DNA of 64,000 nucleotides from Perkinsus chesapeaki ATCC PRA-425 (Eukaryota; Protista; Perkinsozoa): NCBI GenBank assembly GCA_013115145.1, contig JAAPAO010000055.1, positions 35,985 to 99,984 of the forward strand, read 5' to 3'. Shown piece by piece: positions 58,795 to 64,000 of this stretch (position 1 is its first letter; each line of letters starts with the position of its first letter). The notes under the pieces were generated by a model. It saw only the letters and a program-made list of their open reading frames with translations, ran no database searches and was not told where the DNA came from. The position numbers and the translations under genes were made by a program.

Positions 58795-61342
58795 AGAAGC
58801 TTTGTCTTATAGGTGTTGAAAATGCCCGTACGAAAATGTCAGTCTTGTCTTAACCAACCATTTCAAAACAATCTAGGATATGTCGATCCTCGCCATTGAC
58901 CGATTAGCCCCTCGGTCTAATCAGAAGATATAAATAGTCGCTTTCTGGAGCAAGTAAACCAAACGAAAGGTTTGAGTTCAATAGTTAATATGAATAAAGT
59001 CCCAGTGACGCTGTACTGCGTCACTAATTCAAGCTCTTGCTGAACCAGCTGCTTTTTGAGCGTTCCAGCTCACTTTTGTGTGAGCAAAGTCAGTTGAGCG
59101 ATCGCGAAAGAACATCATCCTCCCTGGAGACCCCAGGGCGAGAGACGCCCAGCATAATATCATTCATATGAACGCCACTAACTCAACTCGGAGCGTACAC
59201 TCTTACGCGCACCAAAGCTATCTCGCACTTTGCTGGTGGTGTATCGAAGAACAATATGAATGTAAATGCTCCCCAAATAGGATTAACCTTTCTCGCAATG
59301 GTCGTGGTAAATATAGTGCCTAATGAGTCCAACACTACGATGATCTGAGCGCGTATGTCCTCGTCGACCTTACAGTCTCGCTAGCAGCCGGTAAGGACTT
59401 AGCTGGATCGCATGGAGCTCGCGTCGACTCGAGCGCGTCGGATGCACAGTGAACGCCCCAATGCATATGATGAGTTCCTTGTGTCGAATCCTTGAGACTG
59501 AAGACGAAGCTTTGATTGAGTTATCCAAGATGAGGAACGCTCTAACCTCGTCTGCAACCCAGTGCAAGTAGGCGATGCATCCTCTCTGCTCCTTGTCATC
59601 CTACCAGTGCCTGCTTAGCTAGTTCTAAGGCTCCAGTGACACGAATTGTACTGCTCTAGCTTAGACGAACTGAATTACTTAAGTTTCGGCGTGCAACTTT
59701 CTGTGAAGGTCCACGAAGATTGCGAAGCTGCTGAGACTGAATTGGGCGGAACTCAGCAGAAGACTTATTGCATAGAATCATGAGACAAAATCTGACATTG
59801 GCACATCCAACGTACAAATCTCGCCCATCCGGCAATGCTTTTACGATAAGAGTCTTATCCCAATTGGTGAGATTATTGTGTGCTTAAAGCACAGTGCTTT
59901 ACAACATGGAGTAGTCTATGTGTTTAATACCTTCGCACTTTTTCCACCCCAGATACAGCATCGACCAATTGCTGTTGTGATCAAACACATCTCAGCCATA
60001 CTGCTGAGCGACAGCAGAGGTGATACTCGCAGATGTACACTATCCTATACCCAACATCGTACAGCATTGGTTACTCCGCCAAGCCAATTATTAGTTCGAA
60101 GGCTCGAAGGTATATTAAACGCGTGAGTTGATATGCACTCCAATCCCGAAATGAAGTCATTGAAGTCGCTCAATGGCGTTGGTCTCGACTTCCAACCCGC
60201 AAGCATTGGAAGTATTGTTCCTTCAAGAATAAGCGATCGCTGCACATCGATATAAACTGTTATGTGCCCGAGAGTTCCCCTCGCGTCCACAAGAGAAAGC
60301 CGAAAACGTGACCGATTTGCTCGTTCGCAATAGAACACTAGATATAGGATGTGAGCGTTGGTAATACCAACTTGGTATTCACCCCCCAGTAATGAGGGTC
60401 ACAGTCATGGACCGCAACATCTATTGGGTACTGTACGTACGTATTCAGCAGGCGAGGGTCTGCCGGAGATAGTCTCCGTGAAAATGAGGTAAGAACGCAC
60501 AGTTTTTGTTAGTCGGCTCAACGCCTTGTAGCTTCCAGCCTAACAGACAGAGAGAACTGCGAACAGGGAGATACGAAACTTGGTATCATCGGGTTTGAGA
60601 TCTCTTCCGGATGTATTTGCATACTAACATAAGCTATCCAGCATAGCGCATTCTTCATGAGGCAATTCTGACGCTACTAGCGTTGAGGCTGTTTACCTCC
60701 TCGAACCACCATCGAATTGGTCCATTGGTGGGTGCCTCAAGCAGAGAGATGAGATTGTAGCATTCGTTTAGTAACCATTAAAAGTAGTATTGTTGTGTTA
60801 TAATGTATACGCATGATGAATTTGACTATGGTGACAAAAGATAATGATAAACTGTATGAGAGGTGTACAAACGGATATTTATTAAAAAGGTAGCATATTT
60901 AAAATGCTATCTCTGATAATGTTGTTAATGACAACTTGTTATTGACTCTCCAGATGGGTCAGAGTCGTTACAGAATGGCTGTATTGACATGATCACGCAC
61001 TCATTGTAATGAACTCAAGCTAAAAGACTGTGGCTTTGAGAAAGTTGAAACTGTGACAACACTTCCAAATACCGAATCCAAGGCGTTTGTCTCTTCATAC
61101 GACGCCTACAAATCCCCCAAGTGGGGCCCGATGATCATGCACCAGGCCTTCTACGCGGTACCCGGCACATGTAGGCTGGAATCATCTCATTGAGCATTAG
61201 GGAGAAGAGATACGGACCTATGCCAAAATCAAAGTAGGCGGTTGAACTGTGGATATCGAAGTAGAATGACTGAAATGCCTCACGAGGTATAACGAAACCG
61301 ACTCGGTTTAACCGAGCACTTGAAGGTGGTTAAGCCTGCTTA

Positions 61343-63640
61343 TCAATCCTTGACGGTCGTTACCACTGGTAACTTACCAGTCCACTGGGGAAGAAAGAGA
61401 CCGACGTAACCTGGAGCGGCTTGAAACTGTAGAGTCGTGTGAACGTTCCCCGCGGTGGTAACCACTCCAAGACTAAGTCGCAATCTAGGGTCTTCAACTG
61501 TAACAGGCTCTATAATGAAGTACATCTGACCAACATATGTACCACCAGCGATGATATGTTGTATGTATCCATACCCATCCCAGGGTTGACAAACTCCGAG
61601 ATGGATTAGCATAGTCACCACTGTGAAGGGTAAGGCGAGCTTTTGCAAATTCATTCTATCAGACTGAAGTTTCCCACCAAGGGTCGCTTTCATAGGTGTT
61701 GTTGTATCCACGGCGATGCAACTTGAGGTCAACTCGACAGCTAACTTTTAGCTGAAGGAGTTAGATGGTATGCGCAACACGTGATGCGTTGTGTTACGCC
61801 GCCTGTGTAGCAAACCAGTGCATCGCCCAATGCTACGAACGGGTAGCTGCGAGTCTCTGCATTCACATCCTGTTGTGACGCTCGGCGCGCGTCATACTCC
61901 GCCATCAACTTGTGGTAGGAGGCTTTTGCTATTCCTTCTGCTTATGCCCTTTGTAGCTGTATATGAATCGATCTTGTTCGGCCACATGTAGGTATGACTC
62001 TTGGCATTCCGGTGCTGTTGCAGTCGGTCACAGCGCGGCACTTTCAATGCGAATAAGCTGAGTGCGCAGTGCGCATGTGTACGGTGTGCGTCGCAGAGAG
62101 AAGATTCGGAGCCTTTGATCCGTTGAAAGTCGAGCAAACCTTCATTAATGTAGCAACAAACTCTTTAGCAGTAGATGTCCTCATACCTTCACAATAGTGA
62201 ACCTCGAATAGTGATCACACAATAGCAAACAATAAGTATAACCATTAGAAGTACAAAGTGGGCCACGAAGACGGCTGACACCATTTGCCAAGGGGCCTGA
62301 CTGCATTCAGGATAATCTAGCACATTGTCAGGGCACACTGAGAAAGGTTTTTGTAGCAGTACATCACCACATTGTTTACAACCTCTGCAAACCCTTTTAA
62401 TCATAGAACGCATACCAGGCCACCACCAATCACGAGATATATGCCACCTAGTTGCACGATCATTCAAATGACCAATGCGATCATGATACATAACAATCAG
62501 GCCTCCCAAGTCATTCTGGATAACGGGCTGGACCAATACTTCTCTAACACCATCTGATAGAATTCCGGGAGTGCGCAATAAACGTACTAACACCTTGGAA
62601 CCACCTCGTTCTACTAGACGGAACACTGAACCGTTATCAATAACCTGCTTATCGGGAGCCTTCTGACAACGCCTAATTAGGCCTACAAGTAAAGGGTCAT
62701 CCTCTTGTTGCTGACGTAATTTTGAATAGTCGAGCTCCTTCTCAGCCTGTACCTCTGCCTTGGAAATCTTCACACCGATTGCTTCATTGTTAGCTTCCTC
62801 ATTTGAAGCTAATACCATTTCCAACGATTGGTAAATACCAGCACCCATACGTGATAACATATCAGCGGTAGCATTCGCATCAGTTCTCTCTTGACTCTAA
62901 GTAACCATTTTGATTCAAAATTTTTGAAAGATCCACCTTCCAGCCACCTTTCTACTGCGTTGCACAGATCCCGTTAGTGCCCTCTAAGCTTTCAAGGTTA
63001 CGGCCTTGCTGATGAGTTCTGAGAGACCTCTATCAGCCACAGCGCCAGGCTGAGGCTGCCCGTCTGATAATGCACCTCATCAGTAGCTAGAAGATTCTGA
63101 TCCAGCAGCTTTATTTTTACAACTTTAGCGTCGTTGAGTCGTCAAGCGCCGCTGCATTGTGAGTAATCGTTTGCATCGTACGTTTAGAGTTTGGTAACAT
63201 GCTTACTCCAACACAAGCATTCTAGTATGAACTAGCCTGTATAAGGCCTATTCCCCCTTAGTGCTCGGTATTTCCCCAAAGCATGTGCATCCTGCATATT
63301 TTTGTCTTCGTATCGCAGCCAGAGCACCATCTCAGAGACAGATCTTCCTCCAACCAGAGACTTCCTTAGGAACCTTCGATAAGAGAGCCACTGCGATTTC
63401 AACGCTGTTCCCAGCTTCTCATTAGAAATACCGGCGACAGTCCGATGGTCAGTTCCACAGTGCCTCGTCTATCAATACATTCGGTGCGGCACAGCCTCCG
63501 AACTGCCCCAGAGAAGCTTCGATTCGCCGAAGCTCACCTTGTGTAATATGACAATCTCTTTCTCCCCAAGTGTTCGTCTGGACTCGTGAAGAAGACGGTA
63601 TATCGGAAGTTTCTGTAAGCGTTGATGAAGCGCTTATCAA
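61343..63640 (-). mobile_element. Decayed Ty3/gypsy-type LTR retrotransposon pol (RNase H end, integrase zinc finger, partial core, C-terminal domain)
   Basis: NATADMLSR (RNase H end, ~62860), H-x4-GH...WWWPGM...C..C..C integrase zinc finger (YHDRIGHL...WWWPGMRSMIKRVCRGCKQC), PWQMVS core start, and a C-terminal QPWDGYGYIQHI motif. There are multiple stops and frameshifts; LTRs were not identified. Confidence 0.72.
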
Positions 63641-64000
63641 ACTTGAGGCTCCCGCCAGGCAACCGGTTCAACGCGGATGAGAACGACATTAGAAAACGCC
63701 AAGCTGAGAAGTAGATGATTCGAACAGTATTGGTATCAAACCCTCTCCGAGTTGCACGGAGACTGGTGATCTGAGTTAGACCGTCTAACTAAGCCATTTC
63801 TGACGATGAGTTATGAACTCTCACACCTGGGCGGCAATAGAAGGGCGCAAAGTTGGTAAAACGGCAGTCATTATGCCCCTCCAAATGATGATGCTATGAA
63901 GCACAGCTATCACCGCAGGCTGTGATGTGCGGAGCACCACTTGTTGTGTGTAGAGTAAATAAGCGTAGTGCAGGGAGAGTCTGTGCCTGCTTAGTTGTGC

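Noticed and set aside
59000-61290. Gene-poor stretch possibly containing further TE remains
   Set aside because: No recognisable domain motif in any frame; left unannotated.
1-64000. CRISPR arrays, rRNA, prokaryotic operons
   Set aside because: No regularly spaced direct repeats or rRNA signatures were seen; the sequence is spliceosomal eukaryotic DNA.

Overview
This is intron-rich eukaryotic DNA with short GT-AG introns (many 30-60 nt) and tight gene packing. The gene style suggests an alveolate such as Perkinsus (inference). From 1 to ~36 kb the genes are mostly housekeeping: the 3' part of a pentafunctional AROM gene, PGAP1, an LRR protein, a PPP1R21-like gene with tRNA-His nested antisense in an intron, SARNP/Tho1, a TBC Rab-GAP, an RRM protein and a CEPT/EPT. 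From ~36 to 59 kb the genes are mostly secreted or surface proteins: a CAP protein, a cathepsin-B-like protease apparently spliced in frame to a C-terminal cystatin domain, four paralogous 7TM-LRR-EF-hand genes whose variable blocks are shuffled as a mosaic, a small Cys-rich secreted protein and a frameshifted GNAT that may carry a signal peptide. The window ends in a decayed Ty3/gypsy element. A recurrent class of 1-nt-spacer palindromes, often overlapping (X-n-X'-n-X), occurs in long introns and relic DNA. All gene models were spliced by eye and no database searches were run.
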